This document shows positions 1-9,802 of a DNA stretch of 64,000 nt, one piece after another; the first letter of the stretch is position 1, and every line of letters begins with the position of its first letter. The stretch covers positions 3,081 through 67,080 of the forward strand of contig SGYO01000009.1 of the NCBI GenBank assembly GCA_004321745.1. Direction: 5' to 3'. The position numbers and the translations under genes are program-made. Source of the stretch: a bacterium. GTDB taxonomy: Bacteria; Fidelibacterota; Marinisomatia; Marinisomatales; UBA1611. The notes below the pieces were generated by a model that did not search any database, was not told the DNA's origin, and saw nothing but the letters and a program-made list of their open reading frames with translations.

Positions 1-116
1 ATATAACACCTTAAATAGTCTATAACATCTACACGATGACCACGTTTTGTGCCAGCGTTGAATAATCTATTTGTAGAATATAAATTTTTATTTCTGGATA
101 AAATAGCTATGTTCAT
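1..116 (-). CDS. rimK: RimK-type ATP-grasp ligase (ribosomal protein S6 glutamate ligase family), first 38 codons only; gene runs off the window start
   Basis: Not in the ORF track because it is truncated. Reverse complement from the ATG at 116..114 reads [38 protein letters not shown]. This resembles the typical RimK N-terminus (M.IAILSR...LYS..RL..A...GH.V...D). It lies 13 nt downstream of the RimB-like protease gene, its usual partner. Confidence 0.65.
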   Translation of the reverse strand, partial: MNIAILSRNKNLYSTNRLFNAGTKRGHRVDVIDYLRCY

Positions 117-129
117 TTATGAATTTTTA

Positions 130-567
130 TTAGTCTAATTTCCCTGTCAAAAAAGATTTTCTTGGATTTATTCGATAATTATTATTTAAAGTAGAACGTC
201 CTATTAAAACCGGGTAGGTCATTCTAGATCTCGTGGTTAGGGTAATAATTGTATCAATAGTATTATTACCTATTTTAATTGATATATTAATAAGTGGTCT
301 AAGTTGCTTTTTACCAAATGAGTTTTTTATCATTTTATAACCAACTACTGGCTTTTTTATCATTTTATATGATTTTGATTGGTATAATCTAAATTTAACA
401 TATTTAACGCCCTTAAAATTAAATTCCTCTATATGTGTGGCATGTAATGCTGAGATAGTTGCGCCTGTATCTATTTTAGCTTTTAAATAAAAGTTTTTAA
501 AATCAACTAGAGAAATCCACTCCCTCCAACCGATGTCAATTATTGGCTTTTTAATTTTTTTTTTCAT
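130..567 (-). CDS. Retropepsin-like aspartic protease, RimB / 'ATP-dependent zinc protease' (DUF785) family
   Basis: 145 aa. GWREWISL...KAKIDTGATISALHA contains the D-T-G-A aspartic protease signature in the context typical of the RimK-associated protease family. Located immediately upstream of rimK. Confidence 0.7.
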   Translation of the reverse strand: MKKKIKKPIIDIGWREWISLVDFKNFYLKAKIDTGATISALHATHIEEFNFKGVKYVKFRLYQSKSYKMIKKPVVGYKMIKNSFGKKQLRPLINISIKIGNNTIDTIITLTTRSRMTYPVLIGRSTLNNNYRINPRKSFLTGKLD

Positions 568-638
568 TTTTTAAAAAGATTTACAAAACGCGCTGTAAAT
601 ATAATTGATAATGTGATTAGCGGTATTAAAAATTAATT

Positions 639-1067
639 TTATGGCAAATTAATAATTTCGTTATGAAAATAATCTGCTATTGTTGAAATAATATCTGATA
701 TGCTTATAATCCCAATGGGGTACATTTCATCATTGACAACTGGGACATTTCTAAACCCGCCTACATACATTTTATTCAAAGCATAAGCTAACGGATCTTC
801 GGGGGAGACATATTCGGGATTTGGAGTGATAAATTCATCAATTGTTGTTAATTGAAGGTCATAACCTTTCCCTGTTACTTTAAGCAAAATATCACGCTCA
901 GTTAAGATTCCATTAAGCCTTTCATTTGAGAGAGTTAAAACACAATTATGATTTGTTTTTTGCATATTCTCAAGTACATTTTCAAGACAAGTGCCTAGCT
1001 CAATGATAAGAGGTTCTCTTAAATCAAAATCTGAAATAGGACTATCTACTTTTACAGCTTCTTTCAT
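639..1067 (-). CDS. Stand-alone CBS-pair (Bateman) domain protein
   Basis: 142 aa with two CBS-like motifs (GILTERDILLKV ... FRNVPVVNDEMYPIGIISISDII) and no other domain. Confidence 0.75.
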   Translation of the reverse strand: MKEAVKVDSPISDFDLREPLIIELGTCLENVLENMQKTNHNCVLTLSNERLNGILTERDILLKVTGKGYDLQLTTIDEFITPNPEYVSPEDPLAYALNKMYVGGFRNVPVVNDEMYPIGIISISDIISTIADYFHNEIINLP

Positions 1068-1204
1068 ATCTATACATTCAATTTAAAAGAAAAAAATTTT
1101 ACAAAACAATGAAATACAGTTAAAATATGAACGTAAATTACCATTTTATGTAAATCAGGCTTTAAAAAAAATAGAAAATTTAGGTCCTTACTTTTAAAAT
1201 ATCT

Positions 1205-1825
1205 TTAGTCTATAAATAACTTAATTACAACAAAACCAGTTATTAGAAGAATGGTGAATAAAATAACAAGTAAATTGAAGTATTTTTCAATAAAAAAGCG
1301 AATTTTCTCACCAAATACAAATATTAATGCTCCTAGCAAGAAAAACCTAGCACTTCGACTCAGCGCAGATGCTATTATAAACATAAAAAAGTTTATATTA
1401 AATGTTCCAGATGATATAGTTATGAGCTTAAATGGTATTGGAGTAAAACCCGCTGTGAAAACAATCCAAAAATTCCATTCTTCATATAAATTTTTTATTT
1501 TATTAAAACTATCAATAGTTAATCCAGGTACATATTCAAAAAAAAGATTAGCTAATGCAGAATATTCAATATCAGGCACACTCCACCAGAGAGTTTTTCC
1601 AATAAAATATCCAAATACTCCACCTGCAATAGATGAAACACTACATAAAAAAGCGAAATAAAATGATTTATTCCTACTTCCTAAGCATAATGGAATGAGC
1701 AATACGTCAGGGGGTATTGGGAAAAAAAAAGATTCAGAAAATGATAAAAAAGAAATAGAAAACTCACTATTTTTTTTCTTTGACAGTCCTAAAACCCAAT
1801 TATATATGTTCTTAAATAGATTCAA
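1205..1825 (-). CDS. DedA/YqaA-type (VTT domain) integral membrane protein
   Basis: 206 aa, multi-TM. FFFPIPPDVLLIPL and GYFIGK motifs are typical of COG1238/DedA-like proteins. The plus-strand ORF 1251..1661 is an antisense shadow. Confidence 0.6.
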   Translation of the reverse strand: MNLFKNIYNWVLGLSKKKNSEFSISFLSFSESFFFPIPPDVLLIPLCLGSRNKSFYFAFLCSVSSIAGGVFGYFIGKTLWWSVPDIEYSALANLFFEYVPGLTIDSFNKIKNLYEEWNFWIVFTAGFTPIPFKLITISSGTFNINFFMFIIASALSRSARFFLLGALIFVFGEKIRFFIEKYFNLLVILFTILLITGFVVIKLFID

Positions 1826-1828
1826 ATT

Positions 1829-2758
1829 TTAATTAGGTATTGCAGCAATGAATGACATAACCTCACGTTCAGATTTTAACCCTATAGGATTATTAATTAG
1901 CTTTCCATTTATAATTAAAGAGCTAGAGCCACCACCATCAAGATTTAGAGCTTCCTCGCAATCAAATTGTATCATAAGCATCGCTAATTCTTTTAGGTAG
2001 GCACCCCTACTATCAACCTGTCTACCATCTACAACCATCATAATTATATCACCATTTTTTTTATATCCAATTGCAGACCTAGGTTGAACTCCATCTACTG
2101 GAGTGTTAAAAAATACCTCCTGCTCTGAGGTAACATTTATAGTATTGTTTTTAACAAGAATAGGTCCCGCATGAATTGCTTCTTTAACGTTCCAAAACTG
2201 TGAAAAACTATAATTTATAGAAGCTGGTTTACCAGGACGATTTTTGAAAGGAAAATTCCATGAAAAAATTGAATCATTTTTAGTAGTAGCCCATGATATT
2301 TCAGGAGAGTTATCATATTTAATCGCAAAGGCTCCTCTATTTGTATTATATCTTAAATTTTCTCTCAAAACTGAATTACTTGCAGGTTCATACAAACTAT
2401 CTTGTGATTTTAAAAGGCCAATATGGCGTGTAGGCTTTTGACCTCTACTAAAATAACCTCCATTTATAATTACTGTAGCGCTTGATTTTAAACCTATTTC
2501 AGAAGGCGTATTTAATCCATCCTCATCTTCAGAAACTAATATGTTAATACTATTATCTTTAGCAGGAATATGAACTGCCCATGCTCTCATTGGAACTTTA
2601 GGGTTGTAGCCTTCGTACAAAAGAATATTGTTATTAATAACACTATTTGAAAGCTTCCAATCCATATCAATGGAATCTCTCATAATTGACCTTGAACATG
2701 AAAAAAAAACAAAGAAAATGTATAGGATAATAGATTTTAATGATAAGCTAAAATGCAT
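1829..2758 (-). CDS. Phosphodiester glycosidase family protein (DUF2233/NAGPA-like), secreted
   Basis: 309 aa with an N-terminal signal-like segment. The C-terminal AIGYKKNGDIIMMVVDGRQ..SRGAYLKELA....CEEALNLDGGGSSSL is the characteristic core of this family. Confidence 0.65.
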   Translation of the reverse strand: MHFSLSLKSIILYIFFVFFSCSRSIMRDSIDMDWKLSNSVINNNILLYEGYNPKVPMRAWAVHIPAKDNSINILVSEDEDGLNTPSEIGLKSSATVIINGGYFSRGQKPTRHIGLLKSQDSLYEPASNSVLRENLRYNTNRGAFAIKYDNSPEISWATTKNDSIFSWNFPFKNRPGKPASINYSFSQFWNVKEAIHAGPILVKNNTINVTSEQEVFFNTPVDGVQPRSAIGYKKNGDIIMMVVDGRQVDSRGAYLKELAMLMIQFDCEEALNLDGGGSSSLIINGKLINNPIGLKSEREVMSFIAAIPN

Positions 2759-3518
2759 TATTTAATGAAGATATTTTAAATTTTCGACTTCCTAATACGT
2801 TTTCTTCATCATCTATTATATCAACTCTCCATTCCCCTATTTGACTTGGCAAAATAGTCTTTTTACTCCATGATCTATAATTGTAAGATGTTTTTATATT
2901 ATATGTGACAGCGGTAATTAATTTATTTTCATAATACCATAAATGCTTTATTTCCTGCTTTGGACCCTTGTTTGATATCTTTGTGTAGCAAAATATAGAG
3001 TCAACATTATTTGAAAATATAAAACCGGGTTTTATAGGGTTTCTTTTATATACACCTCTACAAATCATTACCTCATTTAGATTCAGTTGATTAGAAATTT
3101 TGTCTTCATCTGTTTTTGCATTTACAATGATCTTTTCTTTTATCTCATTACCACTAAAATTATCTCTCTCTTTCTCTTTTTGATTGATAAGATTTGTATC
3201 AATAATTATTGGCTTGGGATTAAATGAAACAACCGGCTTAGAGATTTCAGATTTTTCCTCATTTATACCATCAATATTATTATTTTGGACAAAACTGTTA
3301 TCTACAATTTCAGAATCTCCCTTAATATTATGAATGTCGTTTATATCATCATTAATAATTATGGTATCTTTGCTAGTTTCATTATCAATTATATAAGTGA
3401 AACAAAATATCAAATATATTAGTAATAATGGCGTAGATAATTTTATTACTCTAAGTAAATAAGATATAAAAAGAAAAATTATTAAAATTAAAGTGACTAG
3501 TAAAAATGTAAGGTCCAT
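2748..3518 (-). CDS. Membrane-anchored protein with C-terminal DUF2914-like domain
   Basis: 256 aa: N-terminal TM helices, a low-complexity Asn/Asp/Ile linker, then CRGVYKRNP.....FCYTKI....IKHLWYYENKLI....SYNYRSWSKK......GEWRVDIIDDEENVLGSRKFKI, which resembles DUF2914. Confidence 0.5.
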   Translation of the reverse strand: MDLTFLLVTLILIIFLFISYLLRVIKLSTPLLLIYLIFCFTYIIDNETSKDTIIINDDINDIHNIKGDSEIVDNSFVQNNNIDGINEEKSEISKPVVSFNPKPIIIDTNLINQKEKERDNFSGNEIKEKIIVNAKTDEDKISNQLNLNEVMICRGVYKRNPIKPGFIFSNNVDSIFCYTKISNKGPKQEIKHLWYYENKLITAVTYNIKTSYNYRSWSKKTILPSQIGEWRVDIIDDEENVLGSRKFKISSLNNAF

Positions 3519-3544
3519 AGAATTTTTTTGGATATTAAAAATTG

Positions 3545-3618
3545 TCGGAGCGACAGGATTTGAACCTGCGACCCCTGCAACCCCATTGCAGTGCGCTACC
3601 GGACTACGCCACGCTCCG
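3545..3618 (-). tRNA. tRNA-Pro (anticodon GGG)
   Basis: Reverse complement CGGAGCGTGGCGTAGTCCGGTAGCGCACTGCAATGGGGTTGCAGGGGTCGCAGGTTCAAATCCTGTCGCTCCGA folds as a 74-nt cloverleaf. Acceptor is CGGAGCG/CGCTCCG, anticodon stem CTGCA/TGCAG, loop AT-GGG-GT, T-loop TTCAAAT. No encoded CCA. Confidence 0.9.
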
Positions 3619-3620
3619 AA

Positions 3621-3956
3621 TTACTTATTGATAATTTGCAATATTTCATTGAGTTCATTTTTTAATTGTCTAATAATATTTTTATTAATCTGTTCAGTGG
3701 GTAAATCAGTAACACTTTTCCCAGATACAAAAGACCTCGCGCCTTCAATAGTAAATTTTTTTCCATGCAAAAGATCTTTGATCTTAAATATCAAATCAAT
3801 ATCCTTTTGCCTGTAAGTCCTGTTCCCTGCCCTATTTTTTGGAGGAGAGAGCTGCTTAAATTCCGTTTCCCAATACCTAAGCACATAAGATTTTAACCCT
3901 ACCATTTTACTTACTTCTCCAATAGAATAGTAAAGTTTTTTAATGTCATTTTTCAT
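3621..3956 (-). CDS. MerR family transcriptional regulator (small, HTH only plus short coiled coil)
   Basis: 111 aa. YYSIGEVSKMVGLKSYVLRYWETEF....PPKNRAGNRTYRQKDIDLIFKIKDLL is a canonical MerR-type winged HTH. The stop codon is 2 nt from the tRNA-Pro 5' end. Confidence 0.8.
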   Translation of the reverse strand: MKNDIKKLYYSIGEVSKMVGLKSYVLRYWETEFKQLSPPKNRAGNRTYRQKDIDLIFKIKDLLHGKKFTIEGARSFVSGKSVTDLPTEQINKNIIRQLKNELNEILQIINK

Positions 3957-4024
3957 ATAATTATTTACTTAACCCAGTACATTATATTAAATAAATTAAA
4001 CTATTGTAGCAAATATAATTAGAG

Positions 4025-5326
4025 CTATTCATTTTTCAGATAATTTTCTAGGAGACGAGAAAGTATTTTTGGAACCATCTTCATTTTTGATTCCGGTTCA
4101 ACTAGTGCAATTCTAACTTGTTTTTCACCCTTTAATTTTTGATTATAAAATCCTTCCATCGGTGAAAGTAGTAAAGTATAATACTTGCTATTAATTCTAA
4201 TTTTACCATTTGATGAACAAAACTCAATAAATTTAGAGGCATTAAAATCAGATGGCGTAATATTCTTGAAATCTAAAACAATATATATAGCAGCTCCAGG
4301 TGAGGATAAAATTATTCCAGGTAATTCTTCTTTAAGTTCCTTAATTAATCTAATTATTGCTCTAGAATAATAAGCTCTTTGCCTAGAATACCAATCTATA
4401 ATTTCATCAGCAGACATTTGTGCAACTGCACCAAACACATATTGACCGATAACATTGGCACATAAATTAGCCGTGTATTCAGATCTTACTTTTTGATACA
4501 TTATTTTATTATCTGTTACTAGTGCACCTATACGCAAACCACATGCATTCCATACTTTTGAAACTGACTCAATACTTATTCTTCGACCTTTAATTCCTGG
4601 TACATCAGTATTTGAAATTTGCCATATACTACTGGGGCCAGTACCAGAAAAATAAATATTTCTGTATGCCTCATCACTTACCATCCAAATATCTTTTTCA
4701 ACACAAATTTTTGCTATCTCATTAATCAAATTTTGTGACATTTGAAGACCCGTGGGATTATCTGCTGGTATGATTAAAATACTTTTTGGATTATCTTGTT
4801 CAATTTTTTTTCTAATTTTAATAATATCTAAATCTCCAAATGAACCATCTGCATTTAAATTCCGCTCCAATGAAACCATGGGTGTTGATAATCTTTTGGC
4901 AAATTCAACATAATTTGTATATAAAGGATCAATTACCATAATTGGCTCGCCACTACTTGTTCCTGATACTCCTAATAACATCAACTCCATAGCTTGAGAA
5001 CCACCATCGGTTATAACACAATTAATATCTTTAGAAATATTTTGAGATAATTCTGCATTAATTGAATTTAATATTGCAGTTTTACACTCTGTTGTACCTT
5101 CACTCGCAGTATATTGAACTACTCCATCCGCGAAAGGTGAATCTGGTTTGCCTATGCCTTTTAACCTTGATAACATTGCTGGGTGCATAGGCAAACTAAT
5201 ATTACCAATGGCAAGATTTATGACTTCTACAATAGAAAAGTCTGGCCTTGACTGAAATAAGATTTGAGCCTTTCTTATGGAAGAGGGCTCTCTTTTAACA
5301 TAATGTTCAGATATACTAGGCGACAT
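4025..5326 (-). CDS. PLP-dependent aminotransferase, class I/II fold
   Basis: 433 aa. NPTG (PADNPTG) and the S.SK....G.R.G lysine motif (SVSKVWNACGLRIGAL) are typical of class I aminotransferases. Substrate is not assignable. Confidence 0.75.
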   Translation of the reverse strand: MSPSISEHYVKREPSSIRKAQILFQSRPDFSIVEVINLAIGNISLPMHPAMLSRLKGIGKPDSPFADGVVQYTASEGTTECKTAILNSINAELSQNISKDINCVITDGGSQAMELMLLGVSGTSSGEPIMVIDPLYTNYVEFAKRLSTPMVSLERNLNADGSFGDLDIIKIRKKIEQDNPKSILIIPADNPTGLQMSQNLINEIAKICVEKDIWMVSDEAYRNIYFSGTGPSSIWQISNTDVPGIKGRRISIESVSKVWNACGLRIGALVTDNKIMYQKVRSEYTANLCANVIGQYVFGAVAQMSADEIIDWYSRQRAYYSRAIIRLIKELKEELPGIILSSPGAAIYIVLDFKNITPSDFNASKFIEFCSSNGKIRINSKYYTLLLSPMEGFYNQKLKGEKQVRIALVEPESKMKMVPKILSRLLENYLKNE

Positions 5327-5418
5327 ATACCAATATATAATCTGATACTAGAATTAAATCTAAAATAATTTCAAAATTTAGTACTATTAATCGCAATGAA
5401 GATCGTAATCTTTATAAA

Positions 5419-7575
5419 TTACCTTCTTTTCCTGAAAGGTTTTCTACCCTTATCTCTTCCACCTTGATTTCTATCTCTCTTTGGAGGAGGCGTCCAACCT
5501 TCAGGTTTTTCAAGAAGAGCTTTTCTGCTAAAATCAAGTCTACCTTGATCGTCTATTTTCATGAGTTTTATTTTCATTGTATCTCCAGGAGAGCAAACAT
5601 CTTCAACCTTATCAACTCTATGCCATTCGAGTTCAGATATATGAACTAATCCTTCACGACCAGGAGCAAATTCGACAAACGCACCAAATGTCATCAACCT
5701 AGTCACTTTACCTTCAAACTCCATTCCAACCTCAGGTTCAAAAGTTATTGCTTCAACAAGTTTTACCGCCTCTTCACATTTTAAGGCATCTTGTCCAGCA
5801 ACAGTTACTAGACCATCGTCATCTACATTTACCTCACACTCTGTGTCTTCAATGATTTGCTTGATATTTTTACCACCCGGACCAATCAAGGCACCAATTT
5901 TTTCAGGGTTAATTTGCAATGATATTATTCTAGGGGCAAATTTAGATAGTTCGCCTGGCTCCGGAAGTGCCTCATACATCTTATCAAGGATATGCATTCT
6001 TCCTTTGTTTGCTTGAGATAAAGCCTCAGTCAAGAGATCAAAAGATATACCCTCAATTTTTAGGTCTAATTGTATAGCAGTCACACCTTCTCTGGTACCT
6101 GCAACTTTAAAATCCATATCTCCAAGATGATCCTCAAGACCAAGAATATCACTCAAAATAGCATTTCTACTGCCATCTGTGATTAATCCCATTGCAATTC
6201 CAGCAACATGACCTTTCAATGGAGCCCCAGCTGACATTAGAGATAAGGACCCTCCACAAACAGATGCCATCGAAGACGAACCGTTTGATTCCATAATTTC
6301 TGATACAATCCGTATTGTATATGGAAAATCATCGTAACCAGGTAACACAGGCTTTAATGCTCTTTGAGCTAGGTTCCCATGACCTATTTCTCTTCTACTA
6401 GTAAAACCAATTCGACCTACCTCTCCCACACAATATGGCGGAAAATTATAATGCAAATAATAATTTTTTTTATAATCCTCATCCATGCTATCAATGATCA
6501 TTTCATCACTTTTTGACCCTAGCGTAGTTATTACTAACGCTTGGGTTTCTCCTCGAGTAAACAAGGCTGAACCATGCACTCTTTTTAATATTGATGGATC
6601 AATGGTAATATCTCTAATGTCAGTAGTTTTCCTACCATCGCTTCTTAGTCCCTCTGATAAAATCATCTCTCTCATAGATTCTTTAAAGGTAACATCTATA
6701 AAATTTTTAATATCTTTTTCTTCTTCAGGAAATTGTTCCTCTAGTTTTTCAAGAATGTTAGCGATGAGAGCAGTCTTTTGATCATTCCGTTCAACCTTAT
6801 CCACGATTCTTACAATTTTATCAACTTGATCACCTAAAATATCAAAAACTGATTTTTCTAAATCTGAATTTTTTGAAGATATTGGCTCCTCCAGCTTTTT
6901 AACACCAACTGCATAAGCTAGTTCTTCTTGAACTTGAATGATATTTAAAATATGATCATGGGCAAATTTTAAAGCATCAACTATTACTTCTTCTTTAACT
7001 TCATTTGCCTCACCCTCAACCATGACTATATTTTCCTTGTTTCCAGATACGACCATCTCGAAGACACAGTCATCTAACTGTTCTCTAGAAGGGTTAAAAA
7101 CAAAGTCTGTACCTATCATACCAACGCGAACAGTAGCAATAGGTCCATTCCAAGGTATGTTTGAAACTAATAGAGCTGCTGACGCTCCTACTCCAGCCCA
7201 AGTATCAGAAATATTTTCACCATCACTTTGTAAAACCGTAATAATTACTTGGGTTTCATTCCTAAATGATTTTGGAAACAAAGGTCTGATTGGTCTATCA
7301 GTAAGTCTACTAGTCAAAACTTCTCCTTCGGTTGGCCTGGCCTCTCTCTTGAAAAAACCTCCTGGAATTTTCCCACTAGCATAATGTTTTTCACGATATT
7401 CAACTTGAAGAGGGAAAAAATCTACATCTTCCCTTGCCTCTTTAGCTGCATTTACAGCGACTAGCAATACTGTTTCTCCATATGTTAAAACAACTGAACC
7501 AGCAGATTGTCTTGCAATCTTTCCAGTTTCCAGTGTGAGCAACCTACCGCCAATTTCTTTTTCTACATTTATCAT
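5419..7575 (-). CDS. pnp: Polyribonucleotide nucleotidyltransferase (PNPase)
   Basis: 718 aa. Two RNase PH-like halves, then KH (GPGGKNIKQIIEDT) and S1 (GKVTRLMTFGAFVEF) domains and a basic tail. Position after rpsO is conserved. Confidence 0.97.
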   Translation of the reverse strand: MINVEKEIGGRLLTLETGKIARQSAGSVVLTYGETVLLVAVNAAKEAREDVDFFPLQVEYREKHYASGKIPGGFFKREARPTEGEVLTSRLTDRPIRPLFPKSFRNETQVIITVLQSDGENISDTWAGVGASAALLVSNIPWNGPIATVRVGMIGTDFVFNPSREQLDDCVFEMVVSGNKENIVMVEGEANEVKEEVIVDALKFAHDHILNIIQVQEELAYAVGVKKLEEPISSKNSDLEKSVFDILGDQVDKIVRIVDKVERNDQKTALIANILEKLEEQFPEEEKDIKNFIDVTFKESMREMILSEGLRSDGRKTTDIRDITIDPSILKRVHGSALFTRGETQALVITTLGSKSDEMIIDSMDEDYKKNYYLHYNFPPYCVGEVGRIGFTSRREIGHGNLAQRALKPVLPGYDDFPYTIRIVSEIMESNGSSSMASVCGGSLSLMSAGAPLKGHVAGIAMGLITDGSRNAILSDILGLEDHLGDMDFKVAGTREGVTAIQLDLKIEGISFDLLTEALSQANKGRMHILDKMYEALPEPGELSKFAPRIISLQINPEKIGALIGPGGKNIKQIIEDTECEVNVDDDGLVTVAGQDALKCEEAVKLVEAITFEPEVGMEFEGKVTRLMTFGAFVEFAPGREGLVHISELEWHRVDKVEDVCSPGDTMKIKLMKIDDQGRLDFSRKALLEKPEGWTPPPKRDRNQGGRDKGRKPFRKRR

Positions 7576-7594
7576 AATATTTATTTACTTCTTT

Positions 7595-7864
7595 CTATCC
7601 ACGAATTGATAATTCTTTGATGAGGCTTATATAAGATTCAGAATTTGTTTTTCTTAAATATTTCAATAATTTCTTCCTTTGAGAAACTAGTTGTACTAGA
7701 CCCCTTCTAGTATGTTTATCTTTCTTGTGTACTTTTAAGTGTTCTGTTAATTCTGAGATTCTATGTGATAAAATAGCCACCTGCACCTCAGTTGCGCCTG
7801 TGTCATCCTTACTTTTACCAAATTTTTTAATAATTTTTGTTTTATCTTCCTTAGTTATAGGCAT
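7595..7864 (-). CDS. rpsO: 30S ribosomal protein S15
   Basis: 89 aa. TGATEVQVAILSHRISELTEHLK.HKKD.H.RRGL is the conserved S15 core. Confidence 0.97.
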   Translation of the reverse strand: MPITKEDKTKIIKKFGKSKDDTGATEVQVAILSHRISELTEHLKVHKKDKHTRRGLVQLVSQRKKLLKYLRKTNSESYISLIKELSIRG

Positions 7865-8810
7865 CTTTTTCTCCTAGTTCATACTTATATTTTAATGAAA
7901 GGCAATTTGATTTATCTCTTTCTAATTGCTCAACTAATTTTTCAACAGATGAAAATTTTTTTTCATCTCTAACTCTTTCTAAAAACTCAACCCATATGAA
8001 ATCGTCATACAAATCATTTTGTTCTTCATCAAATAGATGAACCTCAAGAACTAATTCACCTTCCCCGAAGGTTGGTCTGACTCCAAAATTACACATCCCA
8101 TAACGACTAAGTCCATTAATAATACATCTTGCCAAATAGACCCCAATTTTAGGTAATAATTGATCTTTCTCGACGGGCAAAAGATTTGCAGTAGGATATT
8201 GTAATTTTTTACCTCTACCCGACCCACTAATAACTTTTGCATAAAAACCATAATTTGAGCCAAGTTCATAATTTGCTCTTCTTATAAAACCATTTTTAAT
8301 TAAGTTTCTGATATTCGTACTTGATATGATCACTTCATCATCCATAAGTGGCTTGACAACTTCTAATGCTATGTTATTTACTTTACAGAATTTTTTCAGA
8401 TAACTAATATCCCCGGACTTTTTATAGCCAAAGGTATGATTTTTTCCGGAGACTATGTATTTAGGACTAAGATTCTTAATTAAGATCTTTTTTAAAAACA
8501 CATCAGCGTCCATATTCATCAAATTAGTATCAAATTTTAAAATAACTAGGTAGTCTATTGAAAAACTTTTAATTGTTTCAATCTTCTTTTCTAAACTCAT
8601 CAACAATTTTATTTTTTCTTTTGGTTTTCCAACTAAATTTCCCGGATGAGGATCAAACGTAATGACTACAGAGCTTATATTTAGTTGATTTGAAATAGAA
8701 TTGACTTTATTTAAAATCTGAAAGTGCCCTCTATGAATACCATCATAAGAACCCATAGTTGTTACACTACTTTTTAATTTAATTTTATCTATCTCGTATA
8801 AGATTTCCAT
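7851..8810 (-). CDS. ribF: Bifunctional riboflavin kinase / FMN adenylyltransferase
   Basis: 319 aa. N-terminal GSYDGIHRGHFQIL (FAD synthetase) and C-terminal riboflavin kinase (PTANL....GVY....G..NFG.RPTF). Overlaps rpsO by 14 nt. The nested ORF 8051..8269 is spurious. Confidence 0.9.
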   Translation of the reverse strand: MEILYEIDKIKLKSSVTTMGSYDGIHRGHFQILNKVNSISNQLNISSVVITFDPHPGNLVGKPKEKIKLLMSLEKKIETIKSFSIDYLVILKFDTNLMNMDADVFLKKILIKNLSPKYIVSGKNHTFGYKKSGDISYLKKFCKVNNIALEVVKPLMDDEVIISSTNIRNLIKNGFIRRANYELGSNYGFYAKVISGSGRGKKLQYPTANLLPVEKDQLLPKIGVYLARCIINGLSRYGMCNFGVRPTFGEGELVLEVHLFDEEQNDLYDDFIWVEFLERVRDEKKFSSVEKLVEQLERDKSNCLSLKYKYELGEKDAYN

Positions 8811-9442
8811 GATTTTTCAAAATTTTCGATGCTAATAGAGTCCTTAATAAAATAATTACCAACCCTAATTCTTTTTAAATTTATTAAATATCCAACTGTT
8901 CCAAGTTTTTTAGCAATGTCTGAACCTAAAACCCTTATGTACGTCCCCTTTGAGCAACTAACATTAAATATAATCTTATCTTCAAAAAAGCTTACTAATG
9001 ATATGTCATTGATTTCTATGTCAATTTCATTTCTTTCGATTTCAATATTTTTTCTAGCCAATTTATACAGCCTAACACCACCACGCTTCTTAGCAGAGAA
9101 CATAGGAGGAATTTGCTTTTGCTTACCTTCAAAGGTTTTCATTGTTTTACGTAATATATCATCGCTTAAAAAAGGTATATGCTTCTTATCCGCGATTTCA
9201 CCTTCTGGATCAAGAGTGTTTGTTTTTACTCCTAATAAAAGCTCTGCCTGATATGATTTATTAGATTTTGTAATTTCTGTTAGATTTTTAGTGTCATCTT
9301 CAGTACCAAGTATTAACACTCCAGAGGCAAAAGGATCCAATGTACCGCCATGACCTACTTTCTTATGCCCTGTAATTCGTTTTACTTTCTTAACAATATC
9401 AAATGAAGTCCAACCAACTGGCTTGTCAATGTTAATTATCAC
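8789..9442 (-). CDS. truB: tRNA pseudouridine(55) synthase, short form without PUA domain
   Basis: 217 aa. KPVGWTSFDIV...KKVGHGGTLDPFASGVL contains the catalytic Asp motif. It ends before where a PUA domain would lie. Confidence 0.88.
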   Translation of the reverse strand: MIINIDKPVGWTSFDIVKKVKRITGHKKVGHGGTLDPFASGVLILGTEDDTKNLTEITKSNKSYQAELLLGVKTNTLDPEGEIADKKHIPFLSDDILRKTMKTFEGKQKQIPPMFSAKKRGGVRLYKLARKNIEIERNEIDIEINDISLVSFFEDKIIFNVSCSKGTYIRVLGSDIAKKLGTVGYLINLKRIRVGNYFIKDSISIENFEKSWKSYTR

Positions 9443-9794
9443 TTTTATCGAGCTTATTAATTAAATCTGAAACATATTCAGTATATTCATATGTATCATC
9501 AAAATAAAATCGCAGATCTGGAGTATGTTTCATTGTTAGCTCTGGAGCTAAATATTTCTTAAATGGTTTCCTACATTTATTGATTTCGATATTCAATTGA
9601 TCCTTTGAAAATTTTTGATTAAGAACACTGTAATAAACTCTAGCTAAACGTAGATCTCTAGACACATCAATTTTTGTAAAAGTAACGAAACCTAGGTGGC
9701 GGAGATCAATATGTCTAATTAAAATATCACCGAGAATATCAAGAATCTGATTGTTTACTCTTTCGATTCGATCGTAGGGTTTATTATGATCCAC
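9432..9794 (-). CDS. rbfA: Ribosome-binding factor A
   Basis: 120 aa. RIERVNNQILDILGDIL........VTFTKIDVSRDLRLARVYYSV matches RbfA. Position between infB and truB is conserved. Confidence 0.85.
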   Translation of the reverse strand: MDHNKPYDRIERVNNQILDILGDILIRHIDLRHLGFVTFTKIDVSRDLRLARVYYSVLNQKFSKDQLNIEINKCRKPFKKYLAPELTMKHTPDLRFYFDDTYEYTEYVSDLINKLDKSDN

Positions 9795-9802
9795 AACTTG
9801 AT

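Noticed and set aside
8051-8269. Same-strand nested ORFs (8051..8269 in ribF, 26491..26703, 50072..50281)
   Set aside because: They are out-of-frame inside well-supported genes, with no independent signals.
8789-9442. TruB at 217 aa considered as a truncated pseudogene (no PUA domain)
   Set aside because: The catalytic core, including the GHGGTLDP Asp motif, is intact. The ORF ends cleanly, overlapping ribF as part of the conserved operon. Short PUA-less TruB forms are, to my knowledge, known.
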